Source of the DNA: an uncultured Candidatus Izemoplasmatales bacterium
GTDB lineage: Bacteria > Bacillota_I > Bacilli_A > Izemoplasmatales > Izemoplasmataceae
DNA length: 64,000 nucleotides
Direction: 5' to 3'
Assembly (NCBI GenBank): GCA_964581705.1
Contig: CAZOPM010000002.1
Location: 1,687-65,686, forward strand
The notes under the pieces were generated by a model. It worked only from the letters and a program-made list of their open reading frames with translations, ran no database searches and had not been told where the DNA came from. Positions 23,841 through 33,984 of this stretch are shown here, piece after piece (position 1 is the first letter of the stretch; the number at the start of each line of letters is the position of its first letter). The translations under genes and the position numbers were made by a program.

Positions 23841-25039
23841 TGGTCGTTCAAAAATACGGCGGCACATCGCTTTCAACCATTGAATCCATGCGCAACGTGG
23901 CAAGACGCATCACGCACACAATCAGGCAATCCGGTCCGATTGTAATAGTGGTAAGCGCGATGGGGCATACGACCGATCAGCTTCATTCCCTGGCAATGAA
24001 GGCCTCTTCAAATCCTTCGGCAAGGGAAATGGACATGCTGCTTGCAACTGGTGAACAAGTATCAAGCAGTCTATTGACAATGATGATTCGCGACCAGGGC
24101 CTTGATGCAGTTGCACTCAATGGAACGCAAGCAGGCATTCAAACAGAGGGCGCGTATTCAAAAAACAAAATCAAAGCGGTCGATGTTCAAACTATCAAAG
24201 ACCATCTGACCAATAATCGCAGTGTGATTGTCACAGGATTCCAAGGTGTCAACAGCACCGGTGATATCACCACCCTCGGACGCGGTGGTTCAGACACGTC
24301 CGCCGTGGCTTTGTCCGCCATGCTTGATGTGCCGTGTGAGATATTTACAGATGTAGAGGGAATCTACAGCATCGACCCGCGGCGCTATACCGCTGCACAA
24401 AAACTTCCCACGATTACTTATGAAGAAATGAGTGAACTCGCATCCCTGGGCGCCAATGTATTGGAAGCGCGCGCTGTGGAACTCGCCCAAAAATATACTG
24501 TGCCACTCACTGTCGCCCATGCGCATACGCACAGGAGTGGAACAACCATCAAGGAGCATTCAACCATGCTTGAACAACGAACAGTGACCGGAGTGAGCGT
24601 TGTCGATGACATCGTACTTGTCTCTATTGAAAATGTGAGCGCTCCCCACCAGACAATCCCAAAACTATTCAACGCGCTTTCACACCGTGACATCAACGTT
24701 GATATGATTTCGCATTCCTACACCTCTGAAAATGGCCTCAACATATCCTTTTCCAGCAAAACGGAAGATTTTCCAGCGCTCAAGGATGCGCTTGAAGATT
24801 TTCGCCACCACCAGCCCCGCATCACTGTTCATTTTGATGAAACCCTCTCCAAGTTGTCGGTTGTGGGCATCGGCATGCGTACACAATCAGGGGTAGCTGC
24901 TGAACTATTCAGTTTGCTGGGGGCACAAAACATACCCTTTAAACTGGTCACAACGTCCGATATATCGATTTCCTACGCCATCCCCAAAGCCTGCGCCAAT
25001 GACGCAGCAGTTGTCATTGCCGAAGCCTTTGGACTGTGA
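23840..25039 (+). CDS. lysC: aspartate kinase
   Basis: VQKYGGTSL N-terminus, GRGGSDT, and a C-terminal ACT-domain region. The start overlaps the lysA stop. Confidence 0.9.
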   Translation: MVVQKYGGTSLSTIESMRNVARRITHTIRQSGPIVIVVSAMGHTTDQLHSLAMKASSNPSAREMDMLLATGEQVSSSLLTMMIRDQGLDAVALNGTQAGIQTEGAYSKNKIKAVDVQTIKDHLTNNRSVIVTGFQGVNSTGDITTLGRGGSDTSAVALSAMLDVPCEIFTDVEGIYSIDPRRYTAAQKLPTITYEEMSELASLGANVLEARAVELAQKYTVPLTVAHAHTHRSGTTIKEHSTMLEQRTVTGVSVVDDIVLVSIENVSAPHQTIPKLFNALSHRDINVDMISHSYTSENGLNISFSSKTEDFPALKDALEDFRHHQPRITVHFDETLSKLSVVGIGMRTQSGVAAELFSLLGAQNIPFKLVTTSDISISYAIPKACANDAAVVIAEAFGL

Positions 25040-25048
25040 GGTGAAGTC

Positions 25049-25855
25049 ATGAAAATATATAAATACGAAGCAACCGGCAATGATTTTATCATGACGACCA
25101 GTTCTCCCAATTCCCCCAGCGATTTTGCCAGACACTGGTGTGACCGTCATTTCGGTATCGGCGCCGATGGTCTAATTTTCCCCCATATCGACGCGCAAGG
25201 CATTCATATGCGCTATTATAATGCCGATGGCTCCATCGCGCCCATGTGCGGAAACGGCATGCGTGCGTTTGTACGTTTCTTAAATGACACAGGCCTGCTT
25301 ACAAAGCATAGCACCACCATTAAAACCCTCAGTGGAGATGTCCCAATCATTGCAGAAACTGACGGAACAATCAGTGTTGACTTGGGACGCCCGCAGTTTG
25401 AACTCGATGAAACCCTCATCCAGGGTGGTCAGTCATTCCTTCATCCCATTACGCTTAGTGCAGCAGGCATGCATGCTGAATTCCTGATACTTAACTTGGG
25501 CACCATTCATGCTGTGCACATGGTTCCATCCCTTGATGCTCTAGACATTTCACAATTTGGGACGGCGTTTTGCGGTCACTCCATGTTTCCCTCAAAAATC
25601 AACATCAATGCAATGGAAATGATCAATTCCGACCACATCCGCATGAAAACCTATGAACGCGGCGTAGGTCCCACGCTTTCTTGCGGCACGGGAAGTGCGG
25701 CCGCCGCAGTTATCGCCGCGCAAAATAGCGACGCACAAACCATCCGCGTGGATGTGCCCGGAGGCACACTGCGTGTTGAGGTGAACGAAAGCGTGGTATT
25801 GAATGGTCCCGCGCGAAAAATCGCCACAATAGAAATAGAGGAGGAATATCAGTGA
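25049..25855 (+). CDS. dapF: diaminopimelate epimerase
   Basis: ATGNDF, MCGNGMR and SCGTGS catalytic Cys motifs. Confidence 0.9.
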   Translation: MKIYKYEATGNDFIMTTSSPNSPSDFARHWCDRHFGIGADGLIFPHIDAQGIHMRYYNADGSIAPMCGNGMRAFVRFLNDTGLLTKHSTTIKTLSGDVPIIAETDGTISVDLGRPQFELDETLIQGGQSFLHPITLSAAGMHAEFLILNLGTIHAVHMVPSLDALDISQFGTAFCGHSMFPSKININAMEMINSDHIRMKTYERGVGPTLSCGTGSAAAAVIAAQNSDAQTIRVDVPGGTLRVEVNESVVLNGPARKIATIEIEEEYQ

Positions 25856-26820
25856 AACGCATTGCAATCATCGGCGCCACAGGCAAAGTCGGGCGTGAAA
25901 TGCTCAGCATTTTACACCAACGCCACATCCCTGCGGACGCCATCGAAGTATACGCCTCCAAACGCTCCAGTGGGACTAAGTTGCCATATGGTCGCCATAC
26001 CCTTGAGGTGAAAACGCTCGATGAGACATCGTTTAATACCGTTGATGTGGCCCTGTTTTCTGCAGGCACCGCAGTCTCCAGAGCATTCGCTCCAATCGCA
26101 CGCGAACGCGGCGTACGCGTAATCGATAATTCAAGCGCGTGGCGTATGAATGACGGAGTCCCTCTTGTTGTTCCTGAAATCAACGCTGACACCATCGGTG
26201 AGGCGCCCATTATCGCCAATCCCAATTGCTCAACGATTCAATCAGTCATTCCCTTGCGCATTATTGAGGAGATTGTGCCTGTAAAACGGGTCGATTATAC
26301 AACGTATCAAGCTGTGAGCGGATCGGGTCAGGGTGGCATCGAAGAGTTAGAACGGACCCTTGAGGAAGGGTCAGCTCAAAATTATGAGAAGCCGATTGCT
26401 CACAATGTGTTGCCCGCCATCGACGCGTGGCAGGATGGCAACACGACAAAAGAGGAACTAAAAATGATAGACGAGACGCGCAAGATTCTAAACAGCGAAA
26501 TCGAAGTGGGCGCAACGTGTGTGCGTGTGCCTGTGATGAATGCGCATGCTGTGAGTATGCGCATCGAGTGCAGCCGTCCCGTTGACTTAGAAGCGGTTGA
26601 AGCGGCTTTTGAAGCTGCTTCACCAATCAAGCACTGGCCCGCCCACACCTATCCCACGCCGCTTGATGTCGATGGCGATGATGCGGTGCATACCGGGCGG
26701 CTTAGATTAGACCGGTTCAATCCCGCGATCGTGCATGTGTGGGTTGTTGCGGATAATATTCGCAAAGGCGCCGCGCTCAATGCGGTGCAAATTCTATTTT
26801 CCCAGGAGGATAAAGCATGA
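25852..26820 (+). CDS. asd: aspartate-semialdehyde dehydrogenase
   Basis: IIGATGKVG, NPNCSTI (active-site Cys). GTG start overlaps the dapF stop. Confidence 0.9.
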   Translation: MKRIAIIGATGKVGREMLSILHQRHIPADAIEVYASKRSSGTKLPYGRHTLEVKTLDETSFNTVDVALFSAGTAVSRAFAPIARERGVRVIDNSSAWRMNDGVPLVVPEINADTIGEAPIIANPNCSTIQSVIPLRIIEEIVPVKRVDYTTYQAVSGSGQGGIEELERTLEEGSAQNYEKPIAHNVLPAIDAWQDGNTTKEELKMIDETRKILNSEIEVGATCVRVPVMNAHAVSMRIECSRPVDLEAVEAAFEAASPIKHWPAHTYPTPLDVDGDDAVHTGRLRLDRFNPAIVHVWVVADNIRKGAALNAVQILFSQEDKA

Positions 26821-27695
26821 GTATTTTCAAAGGGTCGGGTGTAGCCATTATCACCCCCATGAACGAAGAAACGATTGATCTGAGAATGTTTGAGCGTTTG
26901 ATTGATCTGCACATTGAAGCTTCCACCCAAGCGATCATTGTAGCTGGGACCACAGGAGAGAGTGCCACGCTTAGCGAGGCGGAGAAACTCGAGCTTTTTA
27001 ACACTGCTGTAAAACGCGCCCGTGGCCGTCTTGCAGTCATTGCAAATATCGGTACCAATGCAACCAAGCAAAGCGTGGAAATGGCGCAGAAGGCTCAAGC
27101 GCTCGGTGTCGATGCATTGCTCGCTGTAGCGCCTTATTACAATAAACCCTCGCAGAAGGGGCTCATCGAGCATTTCACCCAGATTGCCGGTGCAGCTACG
27201 GTGCCAGTAATCTTATACAATGTTCCCGGACGCACCGGCGTCAACATCGATGTTTCCACTGTTCAAACCCTCAGTGCACATCCCATGATCAAAGGCATCA
27301 AGGAAGCCGCAGGCGACACGGAACAAGTCCGTGCCATGATCGAAGCAACACCGGATGACTTTGCGCTTTATTCTGGCAATGATGATTTATATTATGACAC
27401 CTTAGCCTTGGGTGGCGATGGAGTCATCAGTGTTGTTGCCAATATCGCAGCATCACTATCACAACAATTGTATGAACAATATCTTACCGACGCTGCGGCA
27501 GCGAAAAACATGCAAGAGACGCTCGATATTCTCAATGAGGTCATGTTTATCGGGCCCAACCCCGTTCCAATCAAAACAGCGCTCACGCTTCACGGATACC
27601 GCGTGGGAGGGACACGCCTTCCTTTGGTAGGACTAGATGCGCGTGAGGTCAAGTCATTGCGCGCGGCGATGGAACGCTATGGAGGCTTAGTGTGA
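26817..27695 (+). CDS. dapA: 4-hydroxy-tetrahydrodipicolinate synthase
   Basis: GVAIITPM, AGTTGES, YNVPGRTG motifs. Confidence 0.9.
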   Translation: MSIFKGSGVAIITPMNEETIDLRMFERLIDLHIEASTQAIIVAGTTGESATLSEAEKLELFNTAVKRARGRLAVIANIGTNATKQSVEMAQKAQALGVDALLAVAPYYNKPSQKGLIEHFTQIAGAATVPVILYNVPGRTGVNIDVSTVQTLSAHPMIKGIKEAAGDTEQVRAMIEATPDDFALYSGNDDLYYDTLALGGDGVISVVANIAASLSQQLYEQYLTDAAAAKNMQETLDILNEVMFIGPNPVPIKTALTLHGYRVGGTRLPLVGLDAREVKSLRAAMERYGGLV

Positions 27696-28432
27696 AACGT
27701 ATCGGAGTCGTGGGTGCCAAAGGCACCATGGGCCAGCGTGTAATGGCCTTGCTTGAGGTCCGCGGATATGAAATCATCGCCATTGACCCCATGGACGCTA
27801 CAGTTCCCTCGCGTCTTAAGGACGCGCCAATGGTGGATGTTGTAATCGATTTTTCCCATCCCGCTAATTGCGAAGCACTGCTTGAGGATGCAGCGCGCCT
27901 CAATACGCCCCTCGTCATTGCGACGACTGGTTTCAGTGAAGCCCAGCAAGCAGCAATTGAGAAAACCGCAAATCATCTAGCAATCTTTCAAAGTGCGAAC
28001 ATGGCCTTCGGGGTACATGTGCTAAGGCGCATTATCTCCCAATATGCGGCTGTGCTCAGTGATTACGACATTGAAATTATCGAACAGCACCATCGTTACA
28101 AACAAGATGCGCCCAGTGGCACGGCAACCATGCTTGCACAAACCATCAACGAAACGCTTCCCAGTCCACGCACCCTCACCTCTCAGCGCGCGGGAAAACG
28201 TAGCGATGATGCCATTGGCATGAGTGTCGTGCGTGCAGGCAATATCGTGGGCAAACACGATGTCATGTTCGCCTCCAGTGGTGACTCCATCACAATTTCA
28301 CACGAAGCGTTGAGCAAAGATCTCTTTGCCGAAGGAGCCCTTAAAGCCGCAAAATTCATCACACAAAAAACCAGCGGTCTATTTGGTATGGACCAGCTGA
28401 TCGAAGAAAGTGGGCAAACCCATGAGCAGTGA
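27692..28432 (+). CDS. dapB: 4-hydroxy-tetrahydrodipicolinate reductase
   Basis: GAKGTMGQ and [15 protein letters not shown] motifs. Confidence 0.9.
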   Translation: MKRIGVVGAKGTMGQRVMALLEVRGYEIIAIDPMDATVPSRLKDAPMVDVVIDFSHPANCEALLEDAARLNTPLVIATTGFSEAQQAAIEKTANHLAIFQSANMAFGVHVLRRIISQYAAVLSDYDIEIIEQHHRYKQDAPSGTATMLAQTINETLPSPRTLTSQRAGKRSDDAIGMSVVRAGNIVGKHDVMFASSGDSITISHEALSKDLFAEGALKAAKFITQKTSGLFGMDQLIEESGQTHEQ

Positions 28433-29132
28433 ACTCAAAGACGCATATGCAATTTCCAATTTTATTAAAAACGCCACGAAAACCACGCCAGTCAAACTCT
28501 ACCTCAAAGGGGAATTATCCTCCGTTGATGCCAAGGATGTCAAATGGTTCGGCGATGATGCATCGGCGGTTGTCTTCGGAGAGGCTGGTGAAATCGATAC
28601 GCTGCTTGAGCGCTACAGTGATCGCATCAGTGAGTATGAAGTCGAATACGACCGTCGCAACTCTGCGATTCCCTTGCTAGATACACGCACCATTGAAGCG
28701 CGCATCGAACCGGGTTCAATCATCCGCGACCAAGTTGATATCGGCAAAGGCGCAGTGATAATGATGGGGGCAACAATCAATATCGGTGCGGTCGTTGGGG
28801 CGCGGACAATGATTGATATGAACGTAGTTGTCGGCGCCCGCGGAACCATCGGTGAGAACTGTCACATCGGTGCTGGAACAGTGATTGCTGGTGTTTTAGA
28901 ACCCCCAAGCAAGACACCCGTTATCATCGAAGACAATGTCGTCATCGGTGCCAATGCAGTCATACTAGAAGGAGTGCGCGTGGGTGAAGGCGCGGTTGTC
29001 GCTGCTGGGGCGATGGTGACCAAGGACGTTGCGCCGCGCACTGTTGTGGCGGGGACACCGGCACGCTACATCAAGGATAAAGACGAACAAACATCGGGCA
29101 AGACCCATATTCTTGATGAACTGAGGGGATGA
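28422..29132 (+). CDS. dapH: 2,3,4,5-tetrahydropyridine-2,6-dicarboxylate N-acetyltransferase
   Basis: Hexapeptide-repeat protein closely resembling B. subtilis DapH/YkuQ as remembered ([13 protein letters not shown]...[17 protein letters not shown]). ATG 28422 overlaps the dapB end. Confidence 0.85.
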   Translation: MSSELKDAYAISNFIKNATKTTPVKLYLKGELSSVDAKDVKWFGDDASAVVFGEAGEIDTLLERYSDRISEYEVEYDRRNSAIPLLDTRTIEARIEPGSIIRDQVDIGKGAVIMMGATINIGAVVGARTMIDMNVVVGARGTIGENCHIGAGTVIAGVLEPPSKTPVIIEDNVVIGANAVILEGVRVGEGAVVAAGAMVTKDVAPRTVVAGTPARYIKDKDEQTSGKTHILDELRG

Positions 29133-29136
29133 TCCC

Positions 29137-30297
29137 ATGTCAAAACTGCTAAAAACCTACCGCCCATTCGATATCGATATCGAATCCGGACAAGGCAGTG
29201 TGCTCAAGGACAAAGCGGGCAATACCTACCTAGATATGCAAAGTGGTATCGGTGTCAACGCCCTTGGATATAATCATCCGGCCATTATTCATGCTATTGA
29301 GACTCAGGCGCGTCGACATCTGCACATCTCCAATGTCTTTGAAAGCGATGCTGTGAAATCTTATGCGTCCGCTTTGAGTGACCATACCGGGTATGACAAG
29401 GTGTTTTTCGCCAATTCCGGAGCTGAGGCGAATGAGGCCGCGCTCAAACTCGCGCGCAAGCGCGGACGTAGTGTCCATCCGGATAAAACTACGATCATAG
29501 CCGTTGAAAAAGGGTTTCACGGTCGCACGAGTGGATCGATGGCGCTGACGGGAACCCCTCGATACAAAGCGGCGTTCGCTCCTGGACTTCCTGGCGTTCG
29601 CCACGTCGCTTTCAATGATGCAGATGGGCTTTCAGAAGCCTTTGATGAGACAGTTTGTGCCGTGTTTGTCGAAGTGATACAAGGTGAAGCGGGGGTGCGC
29701 CCAATCACTAATGCGTTCGCCCAAAGCATTCAATCGCATGCCTTGGCACATGATGCGCTTGTTGTCGTTGATGAAGTGCAAACCGGACTCATGCGCACCG
29801 GAAGCATGCTTGCAAGTGATGATTTACCATTCACCCCAAATATCATCACCCTTGCAAAAGCGCTGGGAGGAGGAATTCCCCTGGGAGCTATGCTAGTGGA
29901 TGCTATGGGGGACGGCGTATTTGAACCCGGTGATCACGGCTCGACATTCGGGGGCAATCCCCTGGCGTGTGCAAGTGGGCATGCTCTACTTAAAACCATC
30001 ACCGCTCCATCCTTTCAATCAGCAGTACAACACAAGGCAACGGTACTGTGGCACGGACTCAAACAACTTCAAAGCCGCTATCCTCAGTCTATCCGCGATA
30101 TTCGCGGCCGTGGACTCATGGTGGGTGTTGAGCTTACTTATGACGCCTTACCCCTTCGGTGTCACGCCCTTGATAAAAACCTTATTCTCAATGTGACCGC
30201 TGGCAATGTCATTAGGCTTTTACCACCACTCACCATTGAAAAAACTGAAATCGAATGGTTTTTAAACACTTTTGAATCACTGCTTGCTACAGCATAA
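29137..30297 (+). CDS. class-III (ArgD-like) aminotransferase, probable N-acetyl-LL-diaminopimelate aminotransferase
   Basis: GFHGRT, DEVQTGLMRTG and LAKALGGG (PLP Lys) motifs. It is the last gene of the L-box-controlled DAP operon. Confidence 0.7.
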   Translation: MSKLLKTYRPFDIDIESGQGSVLKDKAGNTYLDMQSGIGVNALGYNHPAIIHAIETQARRHLHISNVFESDAVKSYASALSDHTGYDKVFFANSGAEANEAALKLARKRGRSVHPDKTTIIAVEKGFHGRTSGSMALTGTPRYKAAFAPGLPGVRHVAFNDADGLSEAFDETVCAVFVEVIQGEAGVRPITNAFAQSIQSHALAHDALVVVDEVQTGLMRTGSMLASDDLPFTPNIITLAKALGGGIPLGAMLVDAMGDGVFEPGDHGSTFGGNPLACASGHALLKTITAPSFQSAVQHKATVLWHGLKQLQSRYPQSIRDIRGRGLMVGVELTYDALPLRCHALDKNLILNVTAGNVIRLLPPLTIEKTEIEWFLNTFESLLATA

Positions 30298-30328
30298 AAA
30301 AAGGAGATGCGAATTCGCATCTCCTTTA
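30296..30328. terminator. bidirectional terminator (lysine operon / SNF transporter)
   Basis: AAGGAGATGCG-AATT-CGCATCTCCTT, a perfect 11-bp stem with an A-run before and Ts after. Confidence 0.85.
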
Positions 30329-30332
30329 ATAT

Positions 30333-31664
30333 TTAGAGGAACAATCCAGCGAGCAAAATGATGATCACCGCGGCTGGGGTAATGTATTTGATCAACCATT
30401 CATACCATACGCCAAGTTTGAATGAAACAGCATTTTCATTGGCTGCTTCGCGTGTCTTTTTGGCTGTATAGACATAGCCGGCGAAAACAAGAGTAAGCAA
30501 GCCGCCGATTGGTAGAAAGAATGTCTCTTGAAGGTAATCAAGAAAACCGAAAAAAGGCATTCCTAAGACGGTGATGTCGACTGCGCCCATGCTGAGGCTC
30601 GCAGGCACACCCAGAAGGAAGATGATTGTGGTGACGATTGCTGTGGCTTTGATGCGGTTCATTTGTTTCTCATCAACCAACCAAGCAACAACAACTTCCA
30701 ACAGACTCAGTGCGCTTGTCAAAGCGGCCACAGAGAAGAACAAGAAGAAGATTGAACCGAAAAACTGACCAAAAGGCATTTGAGCGAAAACAGCAGGAAG
30801 CGTTATAAATGCAAGACCAGGGCCATCGGCTTCGGAGAATCCAAGTGCGAATACAGCGGGGAAAATTGCAAGACCGGCTAATAGAGCAATGACCACATCA
30901 AGTCCCACAATCCAGCTTGCACTGTTTGGGACGTCATCCTCTTTACGCAAGTAACTTCCATAAGTGATGATCGCGCCCATACCCAAAGAAAGGGTAAAGA
31001 ATGCTTGCCCGGCTCCATCGAGCCATGTACGCCAAGTGATTTGCGAGAAATCAGGCTGCAAGTAATACTGAAGGCCCACAGACGCTCCCTCGAGCGTTAC
31101 ACCGCGGATGACAAGCATCAAGATAAGTACGAATAATACGGGCATGAGGTAACGCACTGCGCGCCCGATGCCCTTGACGATGCCCAGTGCAATAATTACA
31201 CCAGTCATGATCATAAACAGCGCATGCCACGCCACCGGTGCGAAGCCTTGCGAGACATGGGCACCAAACGCAGCTTCAAAATCCGTTCCTTCCTGAAGAT
31301 TGCCAAAGACGGTCTGGAAAAAGTAAGAAATACCCCATCCAGCCACAACAGAATAAAATGACAGAATGACAAACCCGGCCAATACACCTAGTGCACCGAC
31401 CAACCACCAAGGGGTGTTGGGGGCGAGTGCTTTAAACGTTCCGATAGGGTTTTTCTTAGTTTCTCGACCCAAAGTGATCTCGGTAACCATCAAGGGGAAC
31501 CCGATCAATGCGATGATGATAAGAAACACAATGACGAATGCAGCGCCACCATTTTCAGCAGTAACGTAGGGAAAGCGCCAAATATTGCCCAGCCCTACTG
31601 CGCTACCCGCGGCCGCAAAGATAAATGCGAGGCGCGTTGTCCAACTTTCACGTTCCGGTTTCAT
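30333..31664 (-). CDS. sodium-dependent transporter, SNF (neurotransmitter:sodium symporter) family
   Basis: 443 aa, about 11-12 TM, with the GLGNIWRFPY signature. Confidence 0.9.
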   Translation of the reverse strand: MKPERESWTTRLAFIFAAAGSAVGLGNIWRFPYVTAENGGAAFVIVFLIIIALIGFPLMVTEITLGRETKKNPIGTFKALAPNTPWWLVGALGVLAGFVILSFYSVVAGWGISYFFQTVFGNLQEGTDFEAAFGAHVSQGFAPVAWHALFMIMTGVIIALGIVKGIGRAVRYLMPVLFVLILMLVIRGVTLEGASVGLQYYLQPDFSQITWRTWLDGAGQAFFTLSLGMGAIITYGSYLRKEDDVPNSASWIVGLDVVIALLAGLAIFPAVFALGFSEADGPGLAFITLPAVFAQMPFGQFFGSIFFLFFSVAALTSALSLLEVVVAWLVDEKQMNRIKATAIVTTIIFLLGVPASLSMGAVDITVLGMPFFGFLDYLQETFFLPIGGLLTLVFAGYVYTAKKTREAANENAVSFKLGVWYEWLIKYITPAAVIIILLAGLFL

Positions 31665-31760
31665 AGTAACAACTCCTTTAGTGTATTAAAGTGTTTTTGT
31701 ATACTATCACACATGTCTTTGAATGTGTAGGCCGTTGCAACATGAAACAGTTTTCATTAC

Positions 31761-31793
31761 AAAAAAAAGACCGCACCGTGGGTGCGGCCTTTA
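31761..31793 (-). terminator. intrinsic terminator of the dha operon
   Basis: On the minus strand: GGCCGCACC-CAC-GGTGCGGTC followed by an 8-T run. Confidence 0.85.
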
Positions 31794-31795
31794 AA

Positions 31796-32167
31796 TCAGC
31801 GTTCCTTAATGCGGATGGGATCGAGATTTTTCTTAATGGTATCTGCATCTGCGCCGGCGCCAATAAGCGATGCAACGACATAGGCGCCTTCCACAAAAGC
31901 AGCGTTGGTTATAAAAACCGATTTATCACTCATTTCAATTGCCATGTCCAAATTGAGTTTGGCACTGCCGAGGTCATGAAATGCATAGAGTGTCTCAGCG
32001 GGATTGTCCTCGATGGCTTTTTGGATCGCTTCGAAATTGGTACCCACACCGCCTTCGTCCGTACCACCGGCAATGGTGATGGGTATATCACCGGCGACTT
32101 CCTTAAGCAATGCGCGCAACCCTTCAACCATACCGGCTGTGTGTGAGACGAGCACGATGCCCATCAT
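31796..32167 (-). CDS. dhaM: dihydroxyacetone kinase phosphoryl-donor subunit (single EIIA-Man-like domain)
   Basis: 123 aa with GIVLVSHT (phospho-His). ATGA overlap with dhaL. Confidence 0.85.
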   Translation of the reverse strand: MMGIVLVSHTAGMVEGLRALLKEVAGDIPITIAGGTDEGGVGTNFEAIQKAIEDNPAETLYAFHDLGSAKLNLDMAIEMSDKSVFITNAAFVEGAYVVASLIGAGADADTIKKNLDPIRIKER

Positions 32168-32766
32168 GATAGCACACCGCTGTCGATCATGGTTTTCATA
32201 AGCAGCCCCGAAGAAGTCGCACCCGGGTCGATGTGTCCGATGGAACGCGCACCCAGATACGCAGCGCGTCCCTTGGTGGCCTGCATGTCCTTGGTCGCTT
32301 CGACCAAGGCATCAAGCTTGTCGTGATCAAGTGTCTTGCCGTTTTTGAGTGTCTCTACCGCTGGCGCCCAAAGGTCGACCATGGTTTTTTCATTGGTGGT
32401 AGCTTTGCCACGGGTCTTGATTCCATTGAGTCCCGCTTCGAGTACGCCTGTCAGGTCGGACGCTTCCAGCGTTTCTTTGGATCCTGCAGCCTTTGACATG
32501 TTCAAAAACGCTGTTCCATACAGTGGTCCGGCGGCGCCGCCCACTTTAGAGATCAGACTCATGGCGACACTTTTAAAAACATCACCGGGGGTGGTAAAAG
32601 TTGCATTGTGAAGGGATTCCTTGACGGCGTTCATGCCTCTGGCCATATTGTGACCATGGTCGCCATCGCCAATGGGGTTGTCAAGTTTACTCAGGTGGGC
32701 TTTATTTTCATTGATGGCATCGGTGAACGCATCCATCCAGGCAAGTGCGGTCTTTGTATCTAGCAT
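32164..32766 (-). CDS. dhaL: dihydroxyacetone kinase ADP-binding subunit
   Basis: DGDHGHNMARG and GGAAGPLYG motifs. ATG 32766 lies 2 nt after the dhaK stop. The track start 32814 is rejected. Confidence 0.9.
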   Translation of the reverse strand: MLDTKTALAWMDAFTDAINENKAHLSKLDNPIGDGDHGHNMARGMNAVKESLHNATFTTPGDVFKSVAMSLISKVGGAAGPLYGTAFLNMSKAAGSKETLEASDLTGVLEAGLNGIKTRGKATTNEKTMVDLWAPAVETLKNGKTLDHDKLDALVEATKDMQATKGRAAYLGARSIGHIDPGATSSGLLMKTMIDSGVLS

Positions 32767-32768
32767 GC

Positions 32769-33758
32769 TTACCAGGCGGGTGTTTCCACAGGGGCATTGA
32801 TATCTTTGAGCCACTGCGCATCTTTCACGCGCAGAAGTGTGAGCGAGAGGCCTGCCATTTCAATGGATGTCATATAATCGCCCACCATTTTCTTAACCAC
32901 CTTGATGCCATCATCGTTCATGAGTTTTAACACATCGTTCATAAATATGTATTCTTCCATGAGCGGTGTTGCGCCCATGCCGTTGACAAGCACGATGAAT
33001 TCATCCTTCTTGTCAAGATCATATGCCTTTTTAATCCGTCCGTAGACTTCCTTGGCTATATCGTGGCTTTCTTTGAGTTTTACACGTTCATATCCTGGTT
33101 CACCATGAATGCCGATGCCGAATTCGATTTCGTCATCGCCAAGTTCGAAGCCTGGCGTCCCTTGTTCGGGGACCGTGGCGGGTGAAAGGGCCAGTCCGAT
33201 GGTTTTCATTTCCGGAATCATTGCTTCGGCGGTTTTTTTCATTTCCTTGAGTGAAGCACCGCGTTCAGCCATTGCACCGAGCACTTTGTGAACAAAGATG
33301 GTTCCCGCAACGCCGCGGCGTCCATCAGAGAAGGGAGAGTCATCTACGGAAATATCGTCGTTGGTCACGCAATACTCCACGTCGATGCCTTCAGCTTCGG
33401 CCATTTCCTTGGCCATTTCAAAGTTAAGGACATCACCCGTATAGTTTTTGACAACCATGAACACACCAGCGCCTTTGTCGGCGGCCTTGATGGCCTCATA
33501 CGCTTGGTCGGGTGTGGGCGATGTGAACACATCGCCAAACACTGCGGCACTCAGCATGCCTTTGCCTAAAAATCCAGCATGGGTCGGTTCGTGACCGGAG
33601 CCACCTCCACTGATGATTCCGACTTTGTTTTTACCTTCATAGTTTCTAGCAATCACGCGGGTTTGTCCCACACGGTGTACAAGATCGTCATGCGTTTGCG
33701 CAAACCCCTGCATCATCTCTTCGACAACATTTTCGGGGTTATTGAGAATTTTTTTCAT
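32769..33758 (-). CDS. dhaK: dihydroxyacetone kinase substrate-binding subunit
   Basis: 329 aa with SGGGSGHEPTH and the GIHGEPG motif. Confidence 0.9.
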   Translation of the reverse strand: MKKILNNPENVVEEMMQGFAQTHDDLVHRVGQTRVIARNYEGKNKVGIISGGGSGHEPTHAGFLGKGMLSAAVFGDVFTSPTPDQAYEAIKAADKGAGVFMVVKNYTGDVLNFEMAKEMAEAEGIDVEYCVTNDDISVDDSPFSDGRRGVAGTIFVHKVLGAMAERGASLKEMKKTAEAMIPEMKTIGLALSPATVPEQGTPGFELGDDEIEFGIGIHGEPGYERVKLKESHDIAKEVYGRIKKAYDLDKKDEFIVLVNGMGATPLMEEYIFMNDVLKLMNDDGIKVVKKMVGDYMTSIEMAGLSLTLLRVKDAQWLKDINAPVETPAW

Positions 33759-33984
33759 TGATACATCACCTTTCTAAAATGAGATAGTTTGAAACGATGA
33801 AACAATGACCATGAATCTTGACGCAAACAGATTTTCATGCATCCCTCCAATTTCAGGATGGATTATGCAGTACACCCACAATGAGCGGGGTAGCGGACCC
33901 ACATCTATAAACTACCATAACTCCCCCCGATTTTCAATTGAAGGCGGTGGTTGTTGGTGTGCGAAGCTTTAAAGTCGCGATGCA

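Noticed and set aside
25710-27173. 171-aa and 174-aa minus-strand ORFs opposite dapF/asd and asd/dapA
   Set aside because: They are Arg/Ser/Pro-rich shadow ORFs antisense to motif-verified genes, with no SD or promoter.
33800-33850. 27-codon ORF upstream of dhaK behind GGAGGG
   Set aside because: The SD-to-ATG spacing is 0-4 nt, the ORF overlaps the dhaK RBS and start, and there is no supporting feature.
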